A stretch of 51,984 nucleotides of DNA, taken from assembly GCA_051003155.1 (NCBI GenBank), contig JBPCLO010000017.1, positions 1 through 51,984 on the forward strand, in the 5' to 3' direction. Shown one piece after another: positions 10,394-19,591 of the stretch (positions are counted from its first letter, which is position 1; each line of letters starts with the position of its first letter). The notes beneath the pieces were generated by a model. The model saw only the letters and a program-made list of their open reading frames with translations, was not told where the DNA came from and ran no database searches. The stretch is from Fimbriimonadales bacterium (GTDB lineage Bacteria > Armatimonadota > Fimbriimonadia > Fimbriimonadales > ATM1). The translations under genes were made by a program, and so were the position numbers.

Positions 10394-11404
10394 ATGCAGC
10401 CCTACTCCGTGACCCTCGGCCTGGAAGAGGAGGTCTTCGTTCTGGAGGAGGGGCGGATGACACCGACTTTGCAGTCGCTCGACTATTTGCGGCGATTGCT
10501 TTGGTCGAACCCCCGACGCCATGGCAGATACTCGGCTTCAAACTTCGCACGCGGCGAGGAGCGGAAGGAGTGCTTCATGGGAAGCGTCGAGGTGGCTACG
10601 GGCGTTCATGAGAGAATCGAGCACCTGCTCGCGGACATCGTCGCTCGTAGAACCGAGTTTGCGCGCGCGGCCAAGGGTGGCATGATCGTGCCCGTCGGGG
10701 CGCTTTTTACACTGTCCTCGCCTTCGAACACCGCGTCCTCCCATGTGCACGTGGGTGTTCCCAAGGCACAGAGGCGGCGAGTTTACGACAACCTTGCGTA
10801 CTTCGCACCTGTGCTGGCTGTTGCCGCAGCGAATAGCCCTTGGGCTGCGGGAAAGGACTTCGGACTCAGCTACCGTATGGCACAGCCGAGATGCCTGGGC
10901 CCGCTTCGCGAGGATCCCGAATACCGTTTTCAGGATTTGATCATCAGCAAACGCCTGGGGACGATCGAATTGCGAATCTTCGACCCGATCCCTGAGATCT
11001 TCCGTCTCCGCGAGATTCTCGATGCTGTCACGGCGATCGCAGCTTTCACGGGCACGCTGTCTTTCAATCTAAATGAATATAATAAAGAGCGAGAATCTTG
11101 GACTATTCAAGGCATAACTCCTTGGATTCGCTCGCGGTGGAAGGAACTTCAAGGCCTCTATCCGTTCCCGATGGATTTGCTCGAAAACACACTGTCAGAG
11201 CGGTTGCGGCGGGTCGCCGCTGAGTCATCTATCCTAGACGCGTATCGCGAGGCCGAACGCATTTGGCGCGAAGGCACCGACGTCGCTCCCGAGCACCGGC
11301 CGCATTCGCGCTTGCGCCTGGTGACCGGTTTGGCCGGCTACTACGCCGTGAGGTTACCTTACATGGCCTACAAGGGCTATAAGGAGTGGTATGGGAAGAC
11401 ATAG
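10394..11404 (+). CDS. Glutamate-cysteine ligase family 2 (GCS2/YbdK-like) protein
   Basis: TLGLEEEVF, SHVHVG, AANSPW, SYR and GTIELRIFD motifs. Confidence 0.8.
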   Translation: MQPYSVTLGLEEEVFVLEEGRMTPTLQSLDYLRRLLWSNPRRHGRYSASNFARGEERKECFMGSVEVATGVHERIEHLLADIVARRTEFARAAKGGMIVPVGALFTLSSPSNTASSHVHVGVPKAQRRRVYDNLAYFAPVLAVAAANSPWAAGKDFGLSYRMAQPRCLGPLREDPEYRFQDLIISKRLGTIELRIFDPIPEIFRLREILDAVTAIAAFTGTLSFNLNEYNKERESWTIQGITPWIRSRWKELQGLYPFPMDLLENTLSERLRRVAAESSILDAYREAERIWREGTDVAPEHRPHSRLRLVTGLAGYYAVRLPYMAYKGYKEWYGKT

Positions 11405-11530
11405 CGTTGCCGACTGCCGACCGGTGACTCTTTACTGGCGAACTCTCGGGAGTTCCTCTCCCCAAAATTGGGCACAGTCTGGAAGCGGATTTGCCTCCTG
11501 TTTCCAATTTCCTGTCCAATCTTCGGGCCG

Positions 11531-11632
11531 CAGTCTTCAGTCTCCAGTCCGCAGCTTCCGGCAGTCCGCAGTTGTCAGTCAGGAGCCCGTGGTCCGCAGT
11601 CGTCAAACTCACAGTCTCCAGCCTTCAGTCTT
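11531..11632. repeat. Degenerate heptamer tandem repeat (CAGTCnn), about 14 units
   Basis: cagtctt cagtctc cagtccg cagcttc ... cagtctc cagcctt cagtctt, lying between convergent genes. Confidence 0.8.
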
Positions 11633-11637
11633 TCTCT

Positions 11638-11677
11638 CCTATCCATGCTTCTGCTTGCCTATCCATGCTTCTGCTTG
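11638..11677. repeat. Perfect 20-bp tandem duplication CCTATCCATGCTTCTGCTTG
   Basis: Identical copies at 11638-11657 and 11658-11677. Duplicates the last codons and stop of the 11659-12159 gene. Confidence 0.9.
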
Positions 11678-12159
11678 ACAAACCGATCGATGTCATCAGG
11701 ATCGAGGATTCGCACTTGGGGCTTCGCCTCGTGGATGAATTGTTCGAAACCCCTTTCGTCGAGCAAGCCCTCGCTTACGAACTCGTCGAAGATGGCGCGC
11801 AGGACTCCCCCTTCGGTAGGCGGCGCGGGGAATGCGTCGATCCAAAGCCCGGGACCGTTGCGGGTCTCGTAGGAAACCGCAGCTATGTAGGTGTCGCTGG
11901 TCAGTTGCGCGAGATGCTCCAAGGATGCCTCGGTTACCCAAGTTCCTTTAACCATGCAAAGCCCTTCGTGAAGCAGTTCCTCACGCACGTCCTCTTCCTT
12001 TCCGGCCGTAAAGCTGATGACCTGAACACCCGTTTTGGGGTTTACGAAAGTGAGGTGGATCGATTCGCCTGCCTTCTTGTAGTAAACGCAGTCGTCGGTT
12101 CCTAGGCCGTACCTTTTAACGGCGGAAGCGAAGGTTGCAAAGTCGACAACGAGCGTCAT
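11659..12159 (-). CDS. Hypothetical protein
   Basis: 166-aa ORF with globular protein-like composition, filling the gap divergent from GH127. Confidence 0.7.
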   Translation of the reverse strand: MTLVVDFATFASAVKRYGLGTDDCVYYKKAGESIHLTFVNPKTGVQVISFTAGKEEDVREELLHEGLCMVKGTWVTEASLEHLAQLTSDTYIAAVSYETRNGPGLWIDAFPAPPTEGGVLRAIFDEFVSEGLLDERGFEQFIHEAKPQVRILDPDDIDRFVKQKHG

Positions 12160-12176
12160 AGTGATAACATTGGCAG

Positions 12177-13982
12177 GTGATGCGCCACGATCCTCTCGTC
12201 GATTTTAGCAAAAGCCCGCACGCCGCCGTTCGGCCCGTGCCTCTTTCCGCCGTTACTCTCACGGGCGGCTTCTGGGGGCGTCGCGAAAATCTGAACCGCG
12301 ATGTGGGCATTCCACACGGGCGAAGGATGCTCGACGAAACCGGCTCATTCGAGGCATTCGACATTGCCGCAGGTACTATCGACGTTCCCTTACGGGGATT
12401 TGTTTACCGCGACAGCGACGTGTACAAGTGGCTCGAAGCTGCTGCTTTCGCCGGTGTAAACGCAGACGACATCATCGCGAAAGTAGCGGGGGCCCAGATC
12501 GAGGACGGATATGTCAACACGTCGTTCGCAAACGAAAATGCCCACAAGCGATTCTCGAATCTCGCGAGCGACCACGAGATTTATTGCGCCGGACACTTAA
12601 TGCAAGCCGCGGTGGCACACCATCGCACGACCGGCGAGACGTCCCTTCTCGACATCGCCACAAAATTCGCGAATTACCTTTATGAACAATTCGGCCCGGA
12701 TGGAACGGTCGGCGCTTGTGGACATCCCGAGGCGGAAATGGCGCTTATAGAACTTTATCGCACAACCGGCGAAGATAATTACTTAACTCTCGCCCATCGA
12801 TTTGTCGAAGCAAGAGGAAATGGCGTTCTGAGCGGCCGAGAATATGTTCAGGACCATATACCGTTTTTGGACCAGAATGAAGCCGTCGGCCACGCCGTGC
12901 GAGCGCTTTACTTGTACGCAGGCGCGGCTGACTTTTACTTGGAAAGCGGCGATGCGCGATATTTGTCGACCTTGAACGAACTCTGGGATGACGTCCAGAA
13001 AAAGACCTACATCACCGGCGGCATTGGAGCGAGGCATGAGGGCGAATCCTTCGGTGAAGCCTACGAACTGCCGAATGCGCGCGCCTACGCCGAAACGTGC
13101 GCCGCAATCGCCAGCATGATGTGGAATTGGAGAATGTTCGCGATTAGAACCGATCCGAAATATCTGGACACGATCGAGCGCGCGATGTATAACGGATTTC
13201 TGAGCGGAATATCAGAGGATGGAAAGAGGTATTTTTATGTGAATCCGCTTGCCTCGGACGGAAATCACGGCCGCAAGGAATGGTACGACTGCGCCTGCTG
13301 CCCGCCGAATATTTACCGAACGCTCGCGAGCATAAGGGGCATGCTCTTTGCAACTGACGACAAAGGTATTTATTGCAACTTTTATGATAATTGTCGCATC
13401 GATGACGGCAACTATGCGCTCGAAATTATTACCGATTATCCTGCTACCGGAAATGTTCGTATCATCAACCACGTCGATCGGCATTTCGAAATAATATTGC
13501 GCATTCCTTCATGGTGCAGCAATGCGGCCGTTCGCTTCGATGGGATCGAACAGCTTGCCGATCCGGGTTTTCTCAGGCTTCACAAGCTTTGGCGGAGCGG
13601 CGACATTATCGACCTCGATCTTGAAATGACCCCCAGGAATGTTTTTGCGAATCCGCGCATTACCGACAGCCGCGGCTGTGTGGCGCTTGCCCGAGGTCCG
13701 CTCATATATTGCGTCGAGTCAGCCGATAACCCAGATTTGCCCATCGCAGATCTGGCGATCGCTTCCAACACACCGATCGACGAGGGACCCGTGCATGAAG
13801 CTCCTTTGCTGCATTTCGAGGCGGCCACGCCCCGACCCATGGAGAACCTATACACCGATGAACGCCCCGAGGCTCGGACCGCTTCCGTGCCTGCGATCGC
13901 CCTCCCCTATTTCGCCTGGGCCAACAGAGAGCCTGGGCAGATGAAAGTCTGGCTGCCGGCTGGGTCTCGGGAGGACACTTGA
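12177..13982 (+). CDS. Glycoside hydrolase family 127 (beta-L-arabinofuranosidase-like, DUF1680)
   Basis: DSDVYKWLEA, HEIYCAGH, GHPEAEMAL, GHAVRALY, YAETCA, CACCPPN and WANREPG motifs. Confidence 0.93.
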   Translation: MMRHDPLVDFSKSPHAAVRPVPLSAVTLTGGFWGRRENLNRDVGIPHGRRMLDETGSFEAFDIAAGTIDVPLRGFVYRDSDVYKWLEAAAFAGVNADDIIAKVAGAQIEDGYVNTSFANENAHKRFSNLASDHEIYCAGHLMQAAVAHHRTTGETSLLDIATKFANYLYEQFGPDGTVGACGHPEAEMALIELYRTTGEDNYLTLAHRFVEARGNGVLSGREYVQDHIPFLDQNEAVGHAVRALYLYAGAADFYLESGDARYLSTLNELWDDVQKKTYITGGIGARHEGESFGEAYELPNARAYAETCAAIASMMWNWRMFAIRTDPKYLDTIERAMYNGFLSGISEDGKRYFYVNPLASDGNHGRKEWYDCACCPPNIYRTLASIRGMLFATDDKGIYCNFYDNCRIDDGNYALEIITDYPATGNVRIINHVDRHFEIILRIPSWCSNAAVRFDGIEQLADPGFLRLHKLWRSGDIIDLDLEMTPRNVFANPRITDSRGCVALARGPLIYCVESADNPDLPIADLAIASNTPIDEGPVHEAPLLHFEAATPRPMENLYTDERPEARTASVPAIALPYFAWANREPGQMKVWLPAGSREDT

Positions 13983-13994
13983 CCTCCAACCGAA

Positions 13995-14171
13995 TTACGG
14001 AGAGAGTTTGTCGCCCTTGGAAACAGACTTCCCTATCCTTTTCTTCACCGCCTCCTGCAGGAGGTATTCGATCTGGCCGTTGAGCGAGCGAAACTCGCTC
14101 TCGGCAAGCCGCTGCAGATCAGCCCACAATTTTGGGCTGATCCGCAGCAGGATCGACTTGCGTTCGGCCAT
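13995..14171 (-). CDS. Arc/ribbon-helix-helix DNA-binding protein (58 aa, below the ORF-track cut-off)
   Basis: Reads MAERKSILLRISPKLWADLQRLAESEFRSLNGQIEYLLQEAVKKR. RSLNGQIE is an Arc-like signature. Starts 4 nt downstream of the SPFH stop. Confidence 0.85.
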   Translation of the reverse strand: MAERKSILLRISPKLWADLQRLAESEFRSLNGQIEYLLQEAVKKRIGKSVSKGDKLSP

Positions 14172-14175
14172 AGGC

Positions 14176-15054
14176 TTAGTAGAGGGACCCGGTGTTGATT
14201 ACAGGCTGCGCGCCGTGCTCTGAGCAAAGGACGACCATCAGGTTCGTGACCATCTGGGCCTTGCGCTCCTCGTCGAGCTCGATCACTCCCTCGGCTTCCA
14301 TTCGGGTGAGCGCCATCTCAACCATTCCGACTGCGCCGTCCACAATCTTCTGGCGGGCCGCAATAACTGCGGTAGCCTGCTGCCGACGAAGCATCGCTCC
14401 GGCGATTTCAGGGGCGTAAGCGAGATGCGATAACCGTGCCTCCAAGACCTCGACGCCTGCTCTTTGAAGCCGGTCGCTGATTTCGTCGCGCAAGTGGCCC
14501 GAGATTTCGTCGGCGTTGCGGCGAAGCGATAGCTCCGCGTCATCCGCGTCATAAGGATAGCTCGACGCCATATGCCGAACCGCGGTCTCGCTCTGCAGGT
14601 TCACATAGTCCTCGAAGTCTTCGACCTCGAACAGAGCGTCGAACGTGTCCTTCACATGCCAGACAGTGATCGCGGCGATCTCGACCGGATTACCGGCATG
14701 GTCGTTGACCTTCAGCTTCTCGCCGTTCAGCGTTCGCAGCCTGAGGCTGATGCCTCGCTACGACATAAACGGGTTCGCCCAATGGAGCCCCGGCGCTTTC
14801 ACGGTGCCCTTGTAATTGCCGAAGAGCAGCAGTGCCTTGCTTCCGTTGGGCTCCACGATAAAGAACCCGATGGAGGCGAAGGTCGCCGCTAAGAAAGCGG
14901 CAACCGATCCCACGATCAGCCACGTAACCGGGCGGCCCACATTTCCCTCGCGTATCGCCGCGTAGAGCGCATAACCCGCGACCACGTACAAAGCCAATGT
15001 CACGAACAGCATCACGATACCGTTCAAAGCCCCAACTTCTCGTTCTTTCTTCAT
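14176..15054 (-). pseudogene. SPFH/band-7 domain membrane protein with in-frame TAG at 14758-14760
   Basis: One 293-codon frame: [34 protein letters not shown] ... [16 protein letters not shown] ... [10 protein letters not shown]. Confidence 0.88.
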
Positions 15055-15065
15055 TTTCGTCCCCT

Positions 15066-15095
15066 CGACATCAATATGATATCACAAAGATATAC
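15066..15095. promoter_or_regulatory. Putative operator of the SPFH-RHH operon
   Basis: Three GATATC-like boxes at 11-bp spacing just upstream of the SPFH start: CGACATCA 15066, palindromic TGATATCA 15077, AGATATAC 15088. Confidence 0.55.
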
Positions 15096-15144
15096 ATCTG
15101 CCAAGACTTCTGCGTTGCGGGTGACGTTGAGGGTGCCGGTTGGT

Positions 15145-15186
15145 TCATCTGAGGTCGCGGGTAAATCATCTGAGGCCGCGGGTTGG
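15145..15186. repeat. 21-bp tandem repeat, two clear copies with degenerate flanking units
   Basis: TCATCTGAGGTCGCGGGTAAA followed by TCATCTGAGGCCGCGGGTTGG. Confidence 0.7.
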
Positions 15187-15327
15187 TTTGTACCGCAGTC
15201 GGGCTCTGTTTGGAGGCGGTTCTATCCTAGCGCCATCCCGTAGGCCGCCGGGACAATACAACCGGCAACCCCAGCTATTCACGGTAGTGAACGGAAAGCG
15301 GGAATCACTTTAGCGTCTAATGTGTTC

Positions 15328-15333
15328 TATAAT
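15328..15333 (+). promoter_or_regulatory. -10 box of the ssrA promoter
   Basis: Consensus TATAAT, 11 nt before the mature tmRNA 5' end. Confidence 0.6.
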
Positions 15334-15344
15334 ACAGACAACTT

Positions 15345-15696
15345 GGGGGCGACCGGTTTCGACAGAGCCGTTCCTCTCTCGGTTGCGAGCCGAGGCGCCG
15401 CGGGCCTCGTAAAAAGCGGCAAAACAAGTAATTGCGAATAACGATTACGCTCTCGCTGCCTAAGAACTAGGTAGCACGCCCGGGAAGCCGAGCCTGTAGG
15501 TAACCCGGTAGCGACGAATAAATCAGGATAGCGCGCGAAGCCGCCACTCGAGGCGACGCGCGCGAAACTAATCGAGCATGCCCTAAGTTGGCCCGCCCGC
15601 CGGCAGCCTTAGGACGAGAATAATGGCGGAATACGCTCGTAGTAGCCCTGAGTGCGCCGACTTTGGAAGGGGGTTCAATTCCCCCCGCCTCCACCA
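15345..15696 (+). ncRNA. ssrA: tmRNA (transfer-messenger RNA)
   Basis: 5' GGGGGCG..GGTTTCGAC and 3' GGGGTTCAATTCCCC-CGCCTCCACCA, with G3:U70 in the acceptor stem. Tag ORF 15434-15463 encodes (A)ANNDYALAA*. Confidence 0.97.
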
Positions 15697-15706
15697 AGTT
15701 TTCACG

Positions 15707-15737
15707 GCAACCTGGCCGACAAACGCGGCCAGGTTGC
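15707..15737. terminator. Intrinsic terminator after tmRNA, probably bidirectional
   Basis: 12-bp stem GCAACCTGGCCG / CGGCCAGGTTGC followed by GCTTTATT. Confidence 0.75.
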
Positions 15738-15747
15738 GCTTTATTGC

Positions 15748-17265
15748 TTAGCCGCCGTGAGGCCTCGGAACATTCGCGTTCGTTCGCGTGAACGTGACCT
15801 CGTCCTTGTCCTTGCCACTTGCGGATCTGACCGTTATCCGGTACCGCCCATTCGGCAGCTGGAGGTGCGTGTTCCACTGGCCGTTGAACACTGCTAGACT
15901 GTGATTCGCCACCAGCTTCCCCTTGGAATTGTAGATGTGCACCGTCACATCCGATTCCGTACTGGTGCCCCGGATATCCACGCCCATCGTACCGACCGTC
16001 GCGCTGTCGCTCGGCCAAGTAATCGTCACGCGCTTCCCGTTACCAGAGGCACCGCCCCCATAGTCGAACCAGATGTCGTCCGAGTCTTTGCCGCTGCGTG
16101 CGGTCGCCTTGACGCGGTATCGCCCGTTCTCGAGCTTGATGCTCGTGCTCCATTGGCCGTTTTGGACGGCCATCGACTGCCGCGAAACGACCCGGCCACT
16201 CGCGTTGTAGACAAGCAGCGAGACGTCCGATTCCGTGCTGGTCCCTTGAATGTCGGCTCTGAGCGAGTTAATATTCGCGCCATTCTTAGGGTATGTGATC
16301 GTGACGCGCCTCTCGTTCGGAGGCTGCACGCTGCCGTGGGTGAACATGACGGTCGCAAAGCTGTTGCTGCCCGGGGCCCTTGCAACGGCTTTGTACGTGC
16401 CTGGCGGAAGCCTCAACCTTGTGCTCCACCTGCCGTTCTGAACCCTGAGAGTTTGATTCGATGAAGCCTGGCCTCGCGAATCGCTCACGACCAGCGTGAC
16501 GCGTTGCGCATTGCTTGTGCCCTGGATGTCCGCACTCAAGGTGTTGAGCGTGGCGCCGTTCTTTGGATGGGTGATGGTCACTCGGCGAAGCCCGGGTATC
16601 CCGCCCGGCTGTCCCCAATCAGCATCGTTCATCTGCACCGAGAAGCGCACCTCATCGGAATCAGCCATTCGGGCGAAACCGAGAACGGCTCGATACATGC
16701 CCCGGTTGAGGCGTTCGGTGGAGGACCATTTCCCGTTCTTCACAGTAAGCCGCCTCTCTCGAACGAGCTTGTTCTGCCGATTGTAAATCCTCAGATCGAC
16801 CGAGGGAATCGTTGCAAGGCCGGCGAATGCCACGGTCGTGCCCGAAAAGTTCGTGAAACGGCTCGGCTTGGTAAGCTTGCCGATGTATTCGTTGCCGCCG
16901 GGTGGGTTATTCCAGCCTCTGTCGTCTTCCAACGTGAGCCCGTTATCGAGAGTCACTCGCGTGTCCCGGGTCTCGTAATTCGAGCGATGAACCTTGACGC
17001 GAAATGTGAACTCGCGTGTCGCCCAGTGGTCGGAACCGTAGAAGTAACCCTCTCCCACAACGTTCGACTCGGTAACCGAAAGGAACGTAGACTTCGTTTC
17101 CGTGAAGAAAACCTGCGTCCGGCCAGGCATGTGGTTTTGAATCGCGCTCCTAACGGCGAGATGGGCAACTCTGTGCTCTTTCACCGTATCCGCCCTTGCG
17201 GTGCCCGCCACCCATAGGGCGAATACGCCCAGAATCACCCCAACTGACCTGCTCCTAAAATTCAT
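15748..17265 (-). CDS. Secreted protein with tandem Ig-like (Big-type) repeats
   Basis: Signal peptide ending TARA. Three ~95-aa repeats starting RVTIT(H/Y/W)P with DIxGTS, NGxW and G.Y motifs, preceded by a fourth diverged unit. Confidence 0.8.
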   Translation of the reverse strand: MNFRSRSVGVILGVFALWVAGTARADTVKEHRVAHLAVRSAIQNHMPGRTQVFFTETKSTFLSVTESNVVGEGYFYGSDHWATREFTFRVKVHRSNYETRDTRVTLDNGLTLEDDRGWNNPPGGNEYIGKLTKPSRFTNFSGTTVAFAGLATIPSVDLRIYNRQNKLVRERRLTVKNGKWSSTERLNRGMYRAVLGFARMADSDEVRFSVQMNDADWGQPGGIPGLRRVTITHPKNGATLNTLSADIQGTSNAQRVTLVVSDSRGQASSNQTLRVQNGRWSTRLRLPPGTYKAVARAPGSNSFATVMFTHGSVQPPNERRVTITYPKNGANINSLRADIQGTSTESDVSLLVYNASGRVVSRQSMAVQNGQWSTSIKLENGRYRVKATARSGKDSDDIWFDYGGGASGNGKRVTITWPSDSATVGTMGVDIRGTSTESDVTVHIYNSKGKLVANHSLAVFNGQWNTHLQLPNGRYRITVRSASGKDKDEVTFTRTNANVPRPHGG

Positions 17266-17318
17266 CGAGTGCACCACCTTCGCGCCGATAATACCTTGTG
17301 CTGGGTAACCTAATCGAA

Positions 17319-18545
17319 ATGAAGCCATCGTGGCGGCTCCTGATTCTCACGGCATTGAGCTTAACATTAGCTCATGCGTGTTTTTCCCAAAAGCTCCTCA
17401 GGTCGTCTCGCAATGCGACGCTGAGCGCAGCATCGCTAAATAAGAAAGTCTGGAAGCATTTCACCGGAAAGTACGCGTTACCGAAAGCAATGCATCCGGT
17501 CGAAATTTATTCTGTCAGGTACACGTCGCCCGACTGGCGCGGTAAGGCGCGTAGGCTCAGCGGGTGTGTCGCCCTTCCGGCAAACGGCGCACCGAAGGGA
17601 CTCGTCCTCTTCTACCACGGCACGATCACCGATCGTAGGCTGTCGCCGTCATTTTACAACGGAACTCAGGAAGGTGAAACCGAACTCGCTGTCCTTGCAT
17701 TCGCGACAGCCGGCTTCGCGGTTGCTTGCCCGGATTACATCGGTCTAGGAGGCGACCCCGGCGCGCATCCCTACCCCCTCGCGTCGATTAACGGCCCCTC
17801 CGGGCTCGACCTCTTGCCACACGCCCGGTTCATTGCGGAGCGCGAGAGGATCGCAATAGGCGTCAACGACTACGTCGCAGGTTACTCCGAAGGGGGAGCG
17901 TGCGCGTACTGGGCGGCGACTCAACGAACCACCTTCACGGCCGCCGCACCGATGGCCGGGCCATATGACTTGACCGGTGTAACCCTCGATGGCCTACTGA
18001 AGCCGACAAAGGCCATCCAGACCTATGCTGCCAAGCTATACCTTGTGTCATGCCTCGGTTACTCCGCGAGCGAACTCTTCGGACTGGACCTGAAAGACTA
18101 CTTCGCGCCCTCGTTCGCGTCGCACATACCAAAGGTATTCAAGGAGCAGCTAACCGACAAGCAGAGAGCCCAGAAGCTCGCCACGAAGGGGGTGCAGATC
18201 GGGGCGATCGGCTCGATAAACAAGGCGCTATCGGGGCGTTTTCGAAAAGTGCTTCAGGATAAGAACATGTCCGACCCATTGATGCGGATGCTCGAACGAG
18301 AGAATCTGTATCAGCGCGCGCCACAGACGAAGACGCTTCTCGTCTGCTTGTACTCCGACCAGGTTGTTCCATGGGGGAACAGCTACAAGGCGCTAAGCTG
18401 GATACACAAGGCCGCATACGACCAAAGCTTTGCGCGACTGCATGTTATTCGGGACAAACTCGACCACATTACTGCCGCAGCGCCGTCGATGGCCCTAGCG
18501 CGCAGATTCTTCTTGGGTGGTTTCGCGGCGGTGGGTACGCGATAA
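17319..18545 (+). CDS. Secreted alpha/beta hydrolase (secretory lipase-like)
   Basis: YHGT, PDYIGLG, nucleophile elbow GYSEGG, GPYDL, DQVVP and C-terminal DH. Confidence 0.85.
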   Translation: MKPSWRLLILTALSLTLAHACFSQKLLRSSRNATLSAASLNKKVWKHFTGKYALPKAMHPVEIYSVRYTSPDWRGKARRLSGCVALPANGAPKGLVLFYHGTITDRRLSPSFYNGTQEGETELAVLAFATAGFAVACPDYIGLGGDPGAHPYPLASINGPSGLDLLPHARFIAERERIAIGVNDYVAGYSEGGACAYWAATQRTTFTAAAPMAGPYDLTGVTLDGLLKPTKAIQTYAAKLYLVSCLGYSASELFGLDLKDYFAPSFASHIPKVFKEQLTDKQRAQKLATKGVQIGAIGSINKALSGRFRKVLQDKNMSDPLMRMLERENLYQRAPQTKTLLVCLYSDQVVPWGNSYKALSWIHKAAYDQSFARLHVIRDKLDHITAAAPSMALARRFFLGGFAAVGTR

Positions 18546-18620
18546 GGATCGTCACTTCACCATGGAGACCACGCTGACCGTAAACCCCACGGCCCAATGA
18601 TTGCGACGCCGGTCGCAGAT

Positions 18621-19220
18621 TTAGGAATGCAGCTGAGAACGATCTGCACCCTCACTTGACCGCTTGCCCTCAAACATGCGGCGCAGCTTGCGAACGCGTT
18701 CAGGATTGACCGGTGCATGGTAGTCGAACTCCCCTAAAAGTTGCTCCACTGACCTTTTGTTCGTTACCTCCTCGCGAATCCGACGAATCACTCTTAGAGC
18801 GGACCGGATCGGCATGTGGTCAACGACGAGGTCACACGCCATCAGCAGAGCATCATGACTGCCAAATCCTGCCCGGAGAAAGTCAACAATCAAATCCTCG
18901 GCGCACCTCTTTCTCGAGACGCGCAAGTACCATATCTCCGAAAGCCAGCACAGAAGAAGAAAATGTGTATCCTTCGTTTGCAGATTCCTCGCTCTTAATA
19001 ACCCCGCTATCTTAGTCAAGGACTCAGGCCATGCTGCTATTAAACTTCGCGCGGCCAACTTGGCTCCTAATGGCGGAAGCTGATGATTCAAAAGCAGGTC
19101 CGATGCATGATGACTTACAAAGTCGCGAATGCCGTGCCGTTTGGTTAGCATCCTGCGCAGCTCAACTATGTCTTCCTCCGGATCCATCCTGGTGAATACG
19201 AACAATGCTCGATCATTCAC
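18621..19220 (-). CDS. Hypothetical protein (possible immunity-type protein)
   Basis: 199-aa ORF with lower GC. Its GTG start overlaps the TGA of an upstream fragment. Confidence 0.55.
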   Translation of the reverse strand: MNDRALFVFTRMDPEEDIVELRRMLTKRHGIRDFVSHHASDLLLNHQLPPLGAKLAARSLIAAWPESLTKIAGLLRARNLQTKDTHFLLLCWLSEIWYLRVSRKRCAEDLIVDFLRAGFGSHDALLMACDLVVDHMPIRSALRVIRRIREEVTNKRSVEQLLGEFDYHAPVNPERVRKLRRMFEGKRSSEGADRSQLHS

Positions 19221-19591
19221 TCAAGCTCCTCCCAGCCGGGCGACTTCTGGGACATTTCCTTTTCATGGTCGACAAGGTCCTTCTTTTCTTTCTTCAACTC
19301 CTCTTCCAATGGTGACAGAAAGCGCGAGATCTAATAGCTAGTACTTTCGCAGTGAGCCCGCCCGTTGCGTCGGTTGATTCGGTTGCGTAGCGCGGACGTA
19401 TCCGCTAAGAAGTCGCCGTTCAAGAAGGAAGTGCTAATCCAAGGAAGACGTAGACAAGATCAGCCAATGGATCGCGGAGGATGCTAAGGAGCAGCATCAC
19501 CTCGCGCCCGCGTGAGTTGAATCAGTCACCAGATCCCGTTCTCTCCGCCAGTCCGCCGCACCGGCCCTGCCCTCCGTGCCAGAATGAGCGC

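Noticed and set aside
14758..14760. Genome-wide amber recoding or pyrrolysine
   Set aside because: Many genes here (tdh, ctpA, sufE, ThuA) end normally at TAG, and no pyl genes are present.
15467..16018. 183-aa minus-strand ORF and similar ORFs over RNA genes (e.g. 30724-31026)
   Set aside because: They overlap tmRNA, tRNA or real CDSs; shadow ORFs.
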